Positions 8,506-17,987 of a DNA stretch of 64,000 nt are shown piece after piece. The stretch is from Vicinamibacteria bacterium (GTDB lineage Bacteria; Acidobacteriota; Vicinamibacteria; Marinacidobacterales; SMYC01): the NCBI GenBank assembly GCA_035457705.1, contig DATIBD010000103.1, positions 2,838-66,837 of the forward strand, written 5' to 3'. The notes under the pieces were generated by a model. It was not told the DNA's origin, ran no database searches, and saw nothing but the letters and a program-made list of their open reading frames with translations. How positions within the stretch are numbered: position 1 is the first letter of the stretch; every line of letters begins with the position of its first letter. Both the position numbers and the translations under genes were made by a program.

Positions 8506-8688
8506 TCAAACATCGAAAAGCCGCTTCATCTCCTGGTGAACGTGGCGACGTGCTTCGTCCCGGCTCGAGGGGTTGAGCTGATCCAGAGAGTAGCGAAACA
8601 TCTCGAGAACTCCGGTGACGTGTCTTTGGTAAGCGGCCAGCTCCTCACGCCGTCTCTTCTCGTCATCGAACTGGGCAACCTTTGTCAT
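8506..8688 (-). CDS. small hypothetical protein (60 aa, charged/helical)
   Basis: GAGGAA lies 6 nt upstream of the ATG. Sits in the intergenic gap between two larger minus-strand genes. No homology recognised. Confidence 0.35.
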   Translation of the reverse strand: MTKVAQFDDEKRRREELAAYQRHVTGVLEMFRYSLDQLNPSSRDEARRHVHQEMKRLFDV

Positions 8689-8720
8689 CGGGAATTCCTC
8701 TGGAGCGCGCCCACTCCCTG

Positions 8721-9953
8721 CTACTCCAAAGCCAAGAGCGCCAGCGTCGACACGTCTTTCACGAACAAACGTTTGCCGGAGATGGTGGGCTGTGCCCAGG
8801 TCGCGCTCTGCGCCACCTCATAGCGCTTTACCGGCTCGAACCCGGCACGGCTGTTCCGAACGACCACGAGCTCGGCGTCGTCTTCCAGCGAGAAGATCAG
8901 ATCTCCAGCTCGGACGATTGCGGCATTTTCCGCCTGACGGGGATCGCTCACCCACAGGACCCGACCGGAATCGAGGTCGAGACCGAAGTACTGCCCGCTG
9001 TTCAAGTGAGAAAGTCCGAACAACATACCGTCGACGACGACCCCGTTGGTCATGTGCAGCGAGACTTCATCGGTATGCCACACATTCTCGGTCCGCCAGG
9101 CGTCGGCTTCCCGTCGGAGCTTGAAGGCCGTGATGCCGTTTCCGCGACCGGCCTCGATCAGGGTGTCCTTATAGAGGATGGGAGTTTGAGACGTCGTGGT
9201 GCTCTGCGTCGTGAACGGACGTCGCCACAGTAACTCGCCGGTCGTCACCGCGATCCCGACCAGGTTCTCCTGGGTAAATGTCACGACCTGGCGCGTACCC
9301 TCCAACTCGATCACGATCGGCGATCCGTAAGCAGGACCGTCGCCGTCCCAACTCCACTGGACGTCGCCCGTGGCCGCATCGAAGGCCGTAAGCGCCCCAT
9401 CGTCATGTCCACCGATATGGACGATCACGAGATTGTCATCGACGACGGGGGACATCGCCGTGTGGTAGAGCGGCTGCACCGGAGGCGCGGCATTCTGCCA
9501 GAGTTGTTTACCCGTGCCAGCATCAAACGCGGTGACGAGGCCGCTCATTCCCAGGGTGAACAACCGATTCTCCGCAAAGGTTGGGGTGGACTTCGGTCCG
9601 GCACCGTGTCGAGCCGTTGCCGGGTTCATCTGGAATGGAGCCGGATAACTGGTGCGCCAAAGGACTTCCCCGGTGTCGGCGTCGAGCGCCATCATCACTT
9701 CGTCTTCATTCTGTCGGGTATACGTATAGATTCGGTTACCCACCAGCACGGGTGTGGCATAGCCGAGACCCACCTCGGCCTTCCATCGCTCGCTCAGAGA
9801 CTCCGGCCACGTGGAAGGCTCGCTAAAGGACGTGACCGCGCCGTCGCGGTTCGGTCCTCGCCACTGGGGCCAGTCTTGAGAATGCGATGCCGGAGCCATC
9901 GACACGGCCAGGGTAGCGAACGTCGCCAACTTTGCGTATCTGAGGATCATCAC
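8721..9953 (-). CDS. secreted PQQ-like beta-propeller repeat protein
   Basis: Signal peptide; hallmark DWPQWRGPNRDG motif; repeated ...G..LW... beta-propeller blades (TGEVLWRT, TGKQLWQN, TGDVQWSW, TGELLWRR, SGRVLWVS). Confidence 0.8.
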   Translation of the reverse strand: MMILRYAKLATFATLAVSMAPASHSQDWPQWRGPNRDGAVTSFSEPSTWPESLSERWKAEVGLGYATPVLVGNRIYTYTRQNEDEVMMALDADTGEVLWRTSYPAPFQMNPATARHGAGPKSTPTFAENRLFTLGMSGLVTAFDAGTGKQLWQNAAPPVQPLYHTAMSPVVDDNLVIVHIGGHDDGALTAFDAATGDVQWSWDGDGPAYGSPIVIELEGTRQVVTFTQENLVGIAVTTGELLWRRPFTTQSTTTSQTPILYKDTLIEAGRGNGITAFKLRREADAWRTENVWHTDEVSLHMTNGVVVDGMLFGLSHLNSGQYFGLDLDSGRVLWVSDPRQAENAAIVRAGDLIFSLEDDAELVVVRNSRAGFEPVKRYEVAQSATWAQPTISGKRLFVKDVSTLALLALE

Positions 9954-10160
9954 GTCATCCCGGTTTCAGAATTCTAGGCCTTGCTAAGCGCCAATCTAGC
10001 GGGTCGAGAGAAGGGGATCAAACCGTCGCGCGCACTTCTAAAGAACCAGCAGGCGGATTAAGAGGTCCGGCTGTAGCGGCCCTCTGTTAACGGTAGACGG
10101 TTGACGCTGGGCTCTCGCACTCAGCGGAACCTTGCGAAGTTTTTTTGGGCGGGAGCGCTG

Positions 10161-11207
10161 CTAGATGAAGATCTCGACCTTGCCCGCCTTCCTCAATGAG
10201 TCGACGGTGGCGCCGACTTCCTTGCGCAGCGACTCTTGTTTCAGCATTTCCTCGATGCGCTCTTTTGCCTGATCGTAGGGGACGAGCTGTCCTTCGATCT
10301 TCTCGGACAGTTTGATGATGTGAAAGCCGAACTCCGTCTCCACGACCCCGCTCACACCGCCAGGCTCGAGGTCGAAGGCAGCCTGTTCGAAGGGTGGAAC
10401 CGTCTCTCCGCGGCTGATGACCAATTCGCCGCCGTTACTCGCAGAGCCCGGATCTTCGGAGTGGTCACGCGCGAGAGTGGCGAAGTCCGCTCCCGAGCGA
10501 GCTTCCTCCAGCAGCCCCTCGATCGCGCGCTCGGCCCTCTCTCTGGCTTCGGGCGCTGCGTCAGCATCGACGCGCTTCAGAATGTGGCTCAACCGCAGGC
10601 GATCGGGTTGGCGCATCCTCGCGGCGTTATTGTCGTAGAACTGGCGCTTTTCTCCCTCGGTCACGGTCACTTTGGGAGCGATGTCGGTCTCGACCAGCTT
10701 CTCGATGCTCATGTCCTTCTTGATCTGGGTGCGCAGGAGCTCAAGGGTGAGCCCTTGTGCCTTGAGCGCTTCGTCCAAATGGCTGGGCTCGGGAAACCGG
10801 CTCTTGATCGTTTCCATCTGAAGATCGACCTCGGTGTCCTCGGGGCTCAAATTCCGCTGCTGGCTCGCCTGATAAAGGAGCTCGGCGCCGACGATCTCGT
10901 CGAGGACCTGGCGATAGAAAGCCAGAGACGTCGTCTTACCCGAGGGACCGCCCATACGCGTCTCGAGGCCTGCCGCGCGTTGGAGAAGGTCGGATTTGAG
11001 GATTTCCGTCCCGTTCACGCTTGCGACGACGTCGGGGAACCCGGCAGGATCCGCAACCTCGTCGCTGGCGATCTCTTTCGCCGCCGGCTCTTCGTCAGGC
11101 GCTTGCTCGTCCCCTCGTGTGGAGCACGACAAAGCCATGCCCGTCGTCGCCGTCGTGAAAATCAGCGCGGACAGGGCCGCACGGGAGTGTCGCAACGTTC
11201 TTCCCAC
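10161..11207 (-). CDS. SurA/PpiD-like peptidyl-prolyl cis-trans isomerase (parvulin domain), probable lipoprotein
   Basis: Parvulin core GGELVISRGETVPPFEQAAFDLEPGGVSGVVETEFGFHIIKL. N-terminal signal with LSC lipobox; the start was moved to an internal GTG to give a sensible signal peptide. Confidence 0.75.
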   Translation of the reverse strand: MGRTLRHSRAALSALIFTTATTGMALSCSTRGDEQAPDEEPAAKEIASDEVADPAGFPDVVASVNGTEILKSDLLQRAAGLETRMGGPSGKTTSLAFYRQVLDEIVGAELLYQASQQRNLSPEDTEVDLQMETIKSRFPEPSHLDEALKAQGLTLELLRTQIKKDMSIEKLVETDIAPKVTVTEGEKRQFYDNNAARMRQPDRLRLSHILKRVDADAAPEARERAERAIEGLLEEARSGADFATLARDHSEDPGSASNGGELVISRGETVPPFEQAAFDLEPGGVSGVVETEFGFHIIKLSEKIEGQLVPYDQAKERIEEMLKQESLRKEVGATVDSLRKAGKVEIFI

Positions 11208-11390
11208 GGGATCCTCTTCCTTTCGATTTCGAGGACACGGGGCACGAACGTCCCACTGTCCCGAGTATTCGTGATTAAAGGGAAAGCTAGCTAATGATAC
11301 GCTCTCCACAAGCCTGTTCGCAAACTCAGGCCGAGCGGCCGTATTCGACGCAGCGGCGCCTCTGTCCGTTCCCGGAATCTACCGGGTACG

Positions 11391-11843
11391 TCAACTCGCT
11401 TTTGGAGGGATCCTCAGTACTTGACCGGGATAGATCTTGTCCGGATCGGTCAGCATCGGTTTATTGGCTTCGAAGATCACGGGATACTTCATTGCGTCGC
11501 CGTAGTGCGTCTTCGCGATCTTGGAAAGAGTGTCCCCTTTCACGACGGTATAAAACTGCGCCTCTGGCTCCTTCTTCTTCTCGACGACTTCGAGACGGTC
11601 GTCGACCTTGGCAATGCCATTCGTGTTTCCGACGGCGAGCAGGATCTTTTCTCTGGCCGACTGTGATGCTGCCTTCCCCTTGACCGTCGCCGTGTCGCCT
11701 TTGACATCGATTTTTAGTGCCTCGACCTCCAGGCCGAGTTTCCTGACCCGATTCTCCAGCTTGGCAGAGCGCTCCTGGTCAGACTCCTTCGTTCCCCCGA
11801 AGAGCTTTTCGCCCGCACCGAGCACGAAATCGAGAATTCCCAC
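11391..11843 (-). CDS. kbp: BON + LysM domain protein (E. coli YgaU/Kbp-like)
   Basis: MGILDFVLGAGEKLFG... resembles the E. coli YgaU start MGLFNFVKDAGEKLW. C-terminal LysM: YTVVKGDTLSKIAKTHYGDAMKYPVIFEANKPMLTDPDKIYPGQVLRIP. Confidence 0.8.
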   Translation of the reverse strand: MGILDFVLGAGEKLFGGTKESDQERSAKLENRVRKLGLEVEALKIDVKGDTATVKGKAASQSAREKILLAVGNTNGIAKVDDRLEVVEKKKEPEAQFYTVVKGDTLSKIAKTHYGDAMKYPVIFEANKPMLTDPDKIYPGQVLRIPPKAS

Positions 11844-11864
11844 ACATACCTCCTTGCTTCTATC

Positions 11865-12461
11865 TCACCGCTTGAAAAGAGCTCCGAGAAGACCCGAGCC
11901 GATTTGCGCAACGTCATCGATCGCGGACCCGTCGGCGTCGGCATCGAGCAGTCGACCGAGCGAGCTCATCACGTCGGGCACAGCGTTCTCGGTGCTCCGT
12001 CGCTCGTCCTCGAGAAACGAGGACAATCCTCCGGCATCCAGCCCGCGCTGTCGGCGGGCCTTGGCAAGCGCACCCATCACGAGCGGCGCCAATAGGCTCA
12101 ACAGCCTGGCGACCTTGGCGGCGTCTAGGCCACTGGCCCGGCTGATTCCGGTTTCCACGCCGGAGCGCCGGTTTCCGAGGACATGGCCCAGGATCGCGTC
12201 ACCCGGTTCCTGATTGGCCCCATCGAAGAATCCGGCGACGTCGTCGAGGATGCTTCCATCATGATCGCGATCGAGCGCGCCGAACAGGCTCGCGGCCCCG
12301 CCACCGGTCGAGGAGTTCTTGGACAAGGCGCCTACGAGGAGCGGAAGCGCCGCAGCAACGGCCGCGGCAGTCTGATCTCGATCGGCTCCGATCGACCGAC
12401 TCATCTCCCCGACGGCGCGTCCACCGAGGGCTTGACCCAAGATGTCCATGATCTCGGACAT
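11865..12461 (-). CDS. DUF937 (YidB-like) family protein
   Basis: GGAGG lies 5 nt upstream of the internal ATG (MSEIMDILGQALGG...). Gly/Ala/Leu-rich repeat pattern ...LLGALF typical of DUF937. Confidence 0.65.
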   Translation of the reverse strand: MSEIMDILGQALGGRAVGEMSRSIGADRDQTAAAVAAALPLLVGALSKNSSTGGGAASLFGALDRDHDGSILDDVAGFFDGANQEPGDAILGHVLGNRRSGVETGISRASGLDAAKVARLLSLLAPLVMGALAKARRQRGLDAGGLSSFLEDERRSTENAVPDVMSSLGRLLDADADGSAIDDVAQIGSGLLGALFKR

Positions 12462-12624
12462 ATACACCTCCACACGGATCATAAGATGTGACCCCGGGGA
12501 GGAAAGCTTGTATCAAAGCGGCGTGGGACCTGTCAAGGTCGTGGAGCACACTAGCAGGAAGATGCGAGGGCGCAGAGCTGCGCCCTCTTTCTGCTATACC
12601 TCTCCGTAATCTGGGCCGCTTTTC

Positions 12625-14139
12625 TCAAGCGGCGCCGGCGTCCACCGCCTTTCGCCGGAGCCTAAAGATGACCAGGGTTGCCACGAGCAGCGCGACGGGG
12701 ATGGCGATGGCGAAGGGCAGCACACCACCAGGATTGAGGCTCTGGCCGGACGCCACCGTCATGTGAATGCCCGACGTCGTCAAAGGTTGCGTGGTGGAAT
12801 CCGGACCCTCGGGCTCGGGAATGACGACCATGTACGTCATGAACTCGCCCTCCCAGACCGCGTGAACGGTCCAGTCCTGTATGGCGGTCTCGCCCGGCTC
12901 GAGCGGCTCGACGTATTGAGCGCGCTGGGGAGACCAGTCCTCAGGATCGACCGGATCTCCTTCCCCGTCGATATTGATGATATTCATCGCCACGATCATG
13001 GCGGGAGATTCTTCATCAGGACTGTCGTTCGTCACGCTCGTTTTGAAGTTGATCATTTCGCCGGTCTTCATCTGGCGATAGCCGACGTCGATCGAAACAC
13101 GCAAGGGTAGATCCGGGACGACGAAATCGTGTGCTGGAGCCATGTCGGTTACGGCTTCCGGATCTTCTTCTGCCGGCGCTGCCTCGTCTTCCGCCTGTTC
13201 CTCTTCAGATGGCTCTTCCTGAGCGATCGCCGGTCGGGCTGAGAGTGACCCGCTGAGGCAGCCGATCAGGAACAAGCTCGCGACACGGCTCCAGGGCAAC
13301 CGAAAACGTCCGCTGTGGGCCGGCTCGAGACAAAGCCGCGGACTGGCATAAAAGAACAGCATTCCGAGGCTGAGGACGAAAAACAGAGTGGGGGCGGAGA
13401 GGTAGTAACCCACTTCGTCCATACCCCGGTTGTTGACGAGAACTTTCTCGAGAAAATGGTTGACTGACTCGAGCGGATTCACCAGTTTCAGAGCCCTTCC
13501 CATCAAGCCCGTCTGGGCGGCGCCGGGGAACTGCGTCGGGAGAAGGAACAAGACGTAAACCGTCAGACTTACGAACATGCTTCCCTTGAGCGAGCTGGAC
13601 CAAGTGCTCACGAGCATCCCGAAGGCCGTGAAAGCGAGAGTCAGGAACGTACCCAGTATCGCACCCCAGAACATCGCCGGAGCCAACACCGGGTGGCCCT
13701 GTGACAGAACCGAAAGGAACGGGTAGGTTATCAGGTAGGCGGCAGGCCACGGCGAAATCGCTGCGAGGAACTTGCCAACCAGAATCTGGGTTCGACTGGT
13801 GGGCGTCAGCAAGAGCGCTTCGAGCGTAGCTCTCTCTCTCTCGCCGCTGATACTATCCGCGCCGATGATGAGCCCGATGAAAACCCCCACGACGATGGCG
13901 GTCTGGAGCGTCAGGTACACCATCTCGGGCGGGGGGATCAAGTTCAATTCGTGGTTCGAGGCGAGCACGAAGGACATCACGCCCAGCAGGACGCTGAACA
14001 GGACGATGAGAATCAGTGCTTTGCCTCCCACCCACAGCTCGGTGAGCTCCCTCCGGAAAACGAGCCACCAGGTTGCCGAAGAGGAGCCATTGGCGTGACC
14101 GCGCGTTGGTTGTGTTCGATTCATAGTGTTTGCCTTCAC
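12625..14139 (-). CDS. ABC-2 type transporter permease fused in frame to a C-terminal signal-peptide/lipobox-like segment and an acidic extracytoplasmic domain
   Basis: Six TM helices in the first ~270 aa (ABC-2 family layout). Translationally coupled to the ATPase upstream (overlap). After residue ~280 a second secretion signal appears, LPWSRVASLFLIGCLSGSLSARPAIAQEE, followed by an acidic domain and a terminal TM helix. Confidence 0.65.
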   Translation of the reverse strand: MKANTMNRTQPTRGHANGSSSATWWLVFRRELTELWVGGKALILIVLFSVLLGVMSFVLASNHELNLIPPPEMVYLTLQTAIVVGVFIGLIIGADSISGERERATLEALLLTPTSRTQILVGKFLAAISPWPAAYLITYPFLSVLSQGHPVLAPAMFWGAILGTFLTLAFTAFGMLVSTWSSSLKGSMFVSLTVYVLFLLPTQFPGAAQTGLMGRALKLVNPLESVNHFLEKVLVNNRGMDEVGYYLSAPTLFFVLSLGMLFFYASPRLCLEPAHSGRFRLPWSRVASLFLIGCLSGSLSARPAIAQEEPSEEEQAEDEAAPAEEDPEAVTDMAPAHDFVVPDLPLRVSIDVGYRQMKTGEMINFKTSVTNDSPDEESPAMIVAMNIINIDGEGDPVDPEDWSPQRAQYVEPLEPGETAIQDWTVHAVWEGEFMTYMVVIPEPEGPDSTTQPLTTSGIHMTVASGQSLNPGGVLPFAIAIPVALLVATLVIFRLRRKAVDAGAA

Positions 14140-15194
14140 GAGTTCTTCGAGGTCTGTTCGTCTTCGTTCTCGGTGAGGTGGAAGAAGACGTCCAACAACC
14201 GACCACCCTCGACCTCGAAATTGAGGATGGGAATCTCGGCGCGGATGAGGGCGTCCAGGATCGCGTTTTTGACCCGCGTCCCGGAAGAGTCTCCGTCGAC
14301 ACTGCCATTTAGCTCGACGCGCAACCAGCCTTCTGTCTCGGTGCTGGGAATCACCTTGATGACGTTCGACAGGCTGTCCAATGCCTTAGACGCCTGTGCC
14401 GTTACCGCCGTGGGAACGTGGATCTTGACAATCTGTCGGAGGGAAAGCTCTCGCTGCGCTCGGCCGATGACCTCGGCCACCGATCCGCTCGTGACGACCC
14501 GCCCCGCGTTCAGAATGACCACATCGTCGCAATACCCCTCGATCTCCGACAAATGGTGCGTGCACAAAATGACACCGGCGTTGCGCTCCTTGGCTATCCG
14601 CCGCACCATCACCAGGAGCTCCTGTTGACCGCGTGGGTCGAGGCCCAGGGTGGGCTCGTCGAGGAAAACGATGACGGGGTCGTTGACCAGAGCCCGAGCG
14701 ATTCCCAGTCTCTGTCGCATCCCGCGGCTGTAGGTGCCGACCAGCGACCTCGCTCGCTTCCCGAGACCGACCTCCTCGAGGAGCTGGAGCCCATGCTCTC
14801 GCGCATCGGCTGCGGATCGACCGTAGAGCTGTCCGAAATAGCTCACGCACTCGAGGCCCGTCATTTGTTTGTGAAACCCGAGGCTCTCGGGCAGAACACC
14901 AATCTTGCTGCGAATTCGCTGGGGGTAATCCGAGCTGATTCCATCCACGCTGAATCGCCCAGAAGTGGGCTTCAGAATCGTCGTCAGAATGCGAATGGCG
15001 GTGGTCTTGCCGGCGCCGTTCGGGCCCAGGAAGCCGAGGATTCGTCCGGCGTCCAGCGAGAAGGACAGTCCGAAGAGAGCCTGTCGACCTCCGTAACTCA
15101 TTCGCAGATTCGTGGCGACCAACTTGTGACTCCCCGCTCGGTAGTTCGTGCTAGTCATATTGCTGATTCGATCATCTGTCGTCGTTGCCAACAT
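14136..15194 (-). CDS. ABC transporter ATP-binding protein
   Basis: Walker A GPNGAGKTT; signature YSRGMRQRLGIA; Walker B VIVFLDEPTLGLD; H-loop CTHHL. The internal ATG at 15194 was chosen because GGGGG lies 7 nt upstream. Confidence 0.85.
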   Translation of the reverse strand: MLATTTDDRISNMTSTNYRAGSHKLVATNLRMSYGGRQALFGLSFSLDAGRILGFLGPNGAGKTTAIRILTTILKPTSGRFSVDGISSDYPQRIRSKIGVLPESLGFHKQMTGLECVSYFGQLYGRSAADAREHGLQLLEEVGLGKRARSLVGTYSRGMRQRLGIARALVNDPVIVFLDEPTLGLDPRGQQELLVMVRRIAKERNAGVILCTHHLSEIEGYCDDVVILNAGRVVTSGSVAEVIGRAQRELSLRQIVKIHVPTAVTAQASKALDSLSNVIKVIPSTETEGWLRVELNGSVDGDSSGTRVKNAILDALIRAEIPILNFEVEGGRLLDVFFHLTENEDEQTSKNS

Positions 15195-15428
15195 CTCGAT
15201 GCCCCCTGCACCCGCAGCATTTCGTTCTTCCTGCCGGCCAAGCGCCGACATGAAACTTTTTCAAGATTGTCTACTTGGCTTGTTTTCGGGCCGTGCGGAT
15301 GTCCCTTGCACAGCCCGCGGATCTCATCCAGGGGGATGGTCCACGTTATATCTCTTGGATGGTTGCGAGTACAAGTGGACCTCTCAAGGTGCTTTTGACT
15401 CCAGGATGCCCCAACCATCACGGTCGCT

Positions 15429-15612
15429 TTGACAGCGCCCCGTGAACATCCCGACCTGCGAGGCCATCCACAAACCCCCAACCTTCTAACCACTACCCCC
15501 CCCGAGGTCAGGCAATGGGCGCATTCTGCCATAAGCTCCGGTCGAGATCAACAGAATTTTCGTAAAGACAACCGGCGATTCGCCCTTCGGGGCCGATCGA
15601 ATTTTGCTTTCT
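15429..15612 (+). ncRNA. candidate small RNA / orphan transcription unit (TTGACA -35 box through a hairpin + U-run terminator)
   Basis: TTGACA at 15429-15434. Hairpin CGATTCGCCC-TTCG-GGGCCGATCG (UUCG tetraloop, 9/10 bp) at 15575-15600, followed by AATTTTGCTTTCT. No ORF of at least 60 aa with an RBS in between. C-rich body. Confidence 0.25.
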
Positions 15613-15753
15613 AGATTAACTCACGATCGTTTCTTCCAGAGCCCTTTCAGGAACTCAGATCGCTTGTCGTCGGGGATCTTGCCGAGGCAGTTAGATCCAA
15701 GGACCGAGCCCCGGATACCGCTAATCGCGGTGCCATTGTGCTAAGTTTCGGTC

Positions 15754-17619
15754 GTGCCGAGACAAAGGGAGAAGGACCAGAGCGTCGAAGAAGGCCGTGT
15801 GCGTGTCCATGACCCCTTCGAGCTCATTCGCTGGCTCGCCCTGAGCCAGCCCGACCCCAAGAAGGCTCTCGCGGAGCTCGTCCAGAACAGTCTGGACGCT
15901 CGGGCGCGTCATATCCGCATCTCCCGCGTCCGAGAAAAGAAGCTCCCTTGCCTCAAGATTCTCGACGACGGGGAGGGCGTCATTCCCGAGATCGAAGACC
16001 GCCGCGAGGCGCTGCGCTACATCGCGACCCACATCGGCCACAGCCGGAAGCGCTCGCTCTCACCCGAAGAGCGTCTCGCCCTCATGACCCAGGGTCGCTA
16101 CGGCATCGGGCTTCTCGGATTCTGGTGCCTCGGGAGGATCCTCGAAATCCGAACCTCGCTTCCAGGGCAAAAACCTTACCGCCTCGTGCTCTATCGCAAC
16201 GAGCCCCACTTCAAGATCGAACCGCTTCGAGGAAAGCTCGTCTTCGACGACCGGTTCACCGAAGTGGTTGTCGTGGATCTGGACCGAGATTCGTCGACCG
16301 CATTGAGCGGCCGACGCGCCGCGGACTACCTCGCCTCAGAGCTCAGAGGACAACTGCTAGCCCGGTCGGTCGAAGTCGTAATCGAAGACAAGATGTCCCG
16401 CGGTCGCTCACCCAAAACGCTACGAGTGAGACCCCCGCGCTTTCTCGGCGAACGACTCGAAGGGCTCGAAACGATCGAAGTGCCCGGCCACGCTCCTGTT
16501 CGACTCGAGCTCTACTTGACCGGAGTCGACCCTGAGTCGGACGGATCCGTGCCCGTCGCGCTCTACGCGGCGGGTACGGTCGTGACCGACGACTTCATGC
16601 AGTTGAGCGCAATCGATCTCGACCACCCACCCTGGACGGATCCGCGGCTGACCGGCATGGTTGATTTTCCCGAGCTATCCGTCGCACCGGGAAGCCGGCG
16701 CGGCGTGATTCCCGACGAAGTATCGCACGCCTTCGCTGAAGCATTGCGTCGGATCGAGCCTCTGGTAATGGGTATCCTGGAGACCAAGGAGCGCGAGCGT
16801 GCCGAGCAGCTCGACCAGAACGCCGTCCGTGATCTGAAACGCGCTTTCCGGGACTTTTATCGCAAGCGGCCCCGATACTCGATGCTCCCCATGCAAAAGA
16901 AGTCGGTCGAGGGTATGGGTGATTCCTCCGCCGGGGCCGGGGTCTCGACGGATACCGAAGAAGCTGTGGAAAGCTCCCTGCAACCGTCGGGGGCGGAGCC
17001 TTCCGAGCTCTTTCCGCCCGGGCCGCTTTCCGCAGTCGAGATCGTGCCAAAGAATCTCGTGGTAGAGAGCAACACCGAGAGAAACGTGCGTGCCAAGGCA
17101 TTCGACGACACGGGTCGCCAGATTCTCGAAGGCATCGATTACAGCTGGGACGTGTGGGGTCGGGTGGGAAGCCTGCGGGAGGAGGGTGCGAGAGCGGTAT
17201 TCGTCGCAGGCGAGAACCCGACCGATGGAATCCTGTCGGTCACCGCACGAGAGCCGCTGACTCGCATGGAACTCTCCGCGGCCGTGCCGGTCGAGGTCGT
17301 GGAGACGCTGCCGACGAGCGGCGACGAAGGGATTCCCGAGCCGGAGCTGATCGATGCCACCGGGGCGAGCTGGCGCTCACGGTTCCACGAAGACCGCTGG
17401 CAGGTCAACACCGGTCATCCCGACTACCGCGCGAGCACTGCCAAGCCCGCACTGAAGCTCCGCTACTTGGCCACGCTTTTCGCCAAAGAAGTCGTCCTTC
17501 GGTCGAGTCAAGACCGCAGATTCGAGGAGCCGCTCGAGCAGATGGTCGAGGTGAGCGCCTATGCCGATCGCCAGCTGACCGAGCGGCCGCCGCGCGGCCG
17601 AAGAAGAAAACCCACCTGA
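15754..17619 (+). CDS. GHKL-superfamily ATPase (MutL/Hsp90/MORC-like N-terminal ATP-binding domain) with a ~400-aa uncharacterised C-terminal region
   Basis: N-box ELVQNSLDA; G1 box ILDDGEGV; G2 box GRYGIGLLGF. The layout PFELIRWLALSQPDPKKALAELVQNSLDARARHIRI parallels the MutL N-terminus. A likely true start is an internal GTG (MRVHDPF...) with GAAGG 5 nt upstream, about 45 nt into the track ORF. Confidence 0.7.
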   Translation: MPRQREKDQSVEEGRVRVHDPFELIRWLALSQPDPKKALAELVQNSLDARARHIRISRVREKKLPCLKILDDGEGVIPEIEDRREALRYIATHIGHSRKRSLSPEERLALMTQGRYGIGLLGFWCLGRILEIRTSLPGQKPYRLVLYRNEPHFKIEPLRGKLVFDDRFTEVVVVDLDRDSSTALSGRRAADYLASELRGQLLARSVEVVIEDKMSRGRSPKTLRVRPPRFLGERLEGLETIEVPGHAPVRLELYLTGVDPESDGSVPVALYAAGTVVTDDFMQLSAIDLDHPPWTDPRLTGMVDFPELSVAPGSRRGVIPDEVSHAFAEALRRIEPLVMGILETKERERAEQLDQNAVRDLKRAFRDFYRKRPRYSMLPMQKKSVEGMGDSSAGAGVSTDTEEAVESSLQPSGAEPSELFPPGPLSAVEIVPKNLVVESNTERNVRAKAFDDTGRQILEGIDYSWDVWGRVGSLREEGARAVFVAGENPTDGILSVTAREPLTRMELSAAVPVEVVETLPTSGDEGIPEPELIDATGASWRSRFHEDRWQVNTGHPDYRASTAKPALKLRYLATLFAKEVVLRSSQDRRFEEPLEQMVEVSAYADRQLTERPPRGRRRKPT

Positions 17620-17675
17620 TGGATCTTTGCGATCAGGAGCCAAATAGAGTATAAGTTCTACATAGGTAGAACCGG

Positions 17676-17987
17676 ATGCCTCGATCCCTGGGACCCGCTC
17701 AGATCCAGGTATTGGAGGCGGTCGCGAGCGGCGTCGGCTACGGCTTCGATGTCATGGAGTCGACCACACTTCCGAGCGGCACCGTCTATCCCGCACTTTC
17801 CCGACTCGAGAGAGCCGGTTTGGTACGCTCGCGTTGGGAGAGCGCGGGCATCGCCCATCGGGAGAAACGACCGCAAAGGCGCTACTACGAGGTGACGCCG
17901 GCCGGTCGTGAGGTCCTTGCTGAAGCCCTCACACGTTATCGGACGCTCGCGAGGTGTCTCGCGCGAACGGTCAAGGAGTCGACGTGA
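17676..17987 (+). CDS. PadR-family transcriptional regulator
   Basis: winged-helix PadR pattern ...LPSGTVYPALSRLERAGLVRSRWESAG....RRYYEVTPAGRE. Confidence 0.85.
   Translation: MPRSLGPAQIQVLEAVASGVGYGFDVMESTTLPSGTVYPALSRLERAGLVRSRWESAGIAHREKRPQRRYYEVTPAGREVLAEALTRYRTLARCLARTVKEST

Noticed and set aside
10000-10160. Possible terminator (GGGCGGGAGCGC next to a T7 run) between the PQQ-propeller gene and surA
   Set aside because: The T-run precedes the GC-rich palindrome on the plus strand. On the minus strand the palindrome is followed by an A-run, not a U-run, so it does not form a convincing intrinsic terminator in either orientation.
15754-17619. GHKL ATPase as the sensor histidine kinase of a two-component system
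   Set aside because: There is no HisKA/H-box upstream of the ATPase domain, no TM sensor region, and no response regulator nearby. The ATPase is N-terminal, in the MutL/MORC arrangement, not C-terminal as in histidine kinases.
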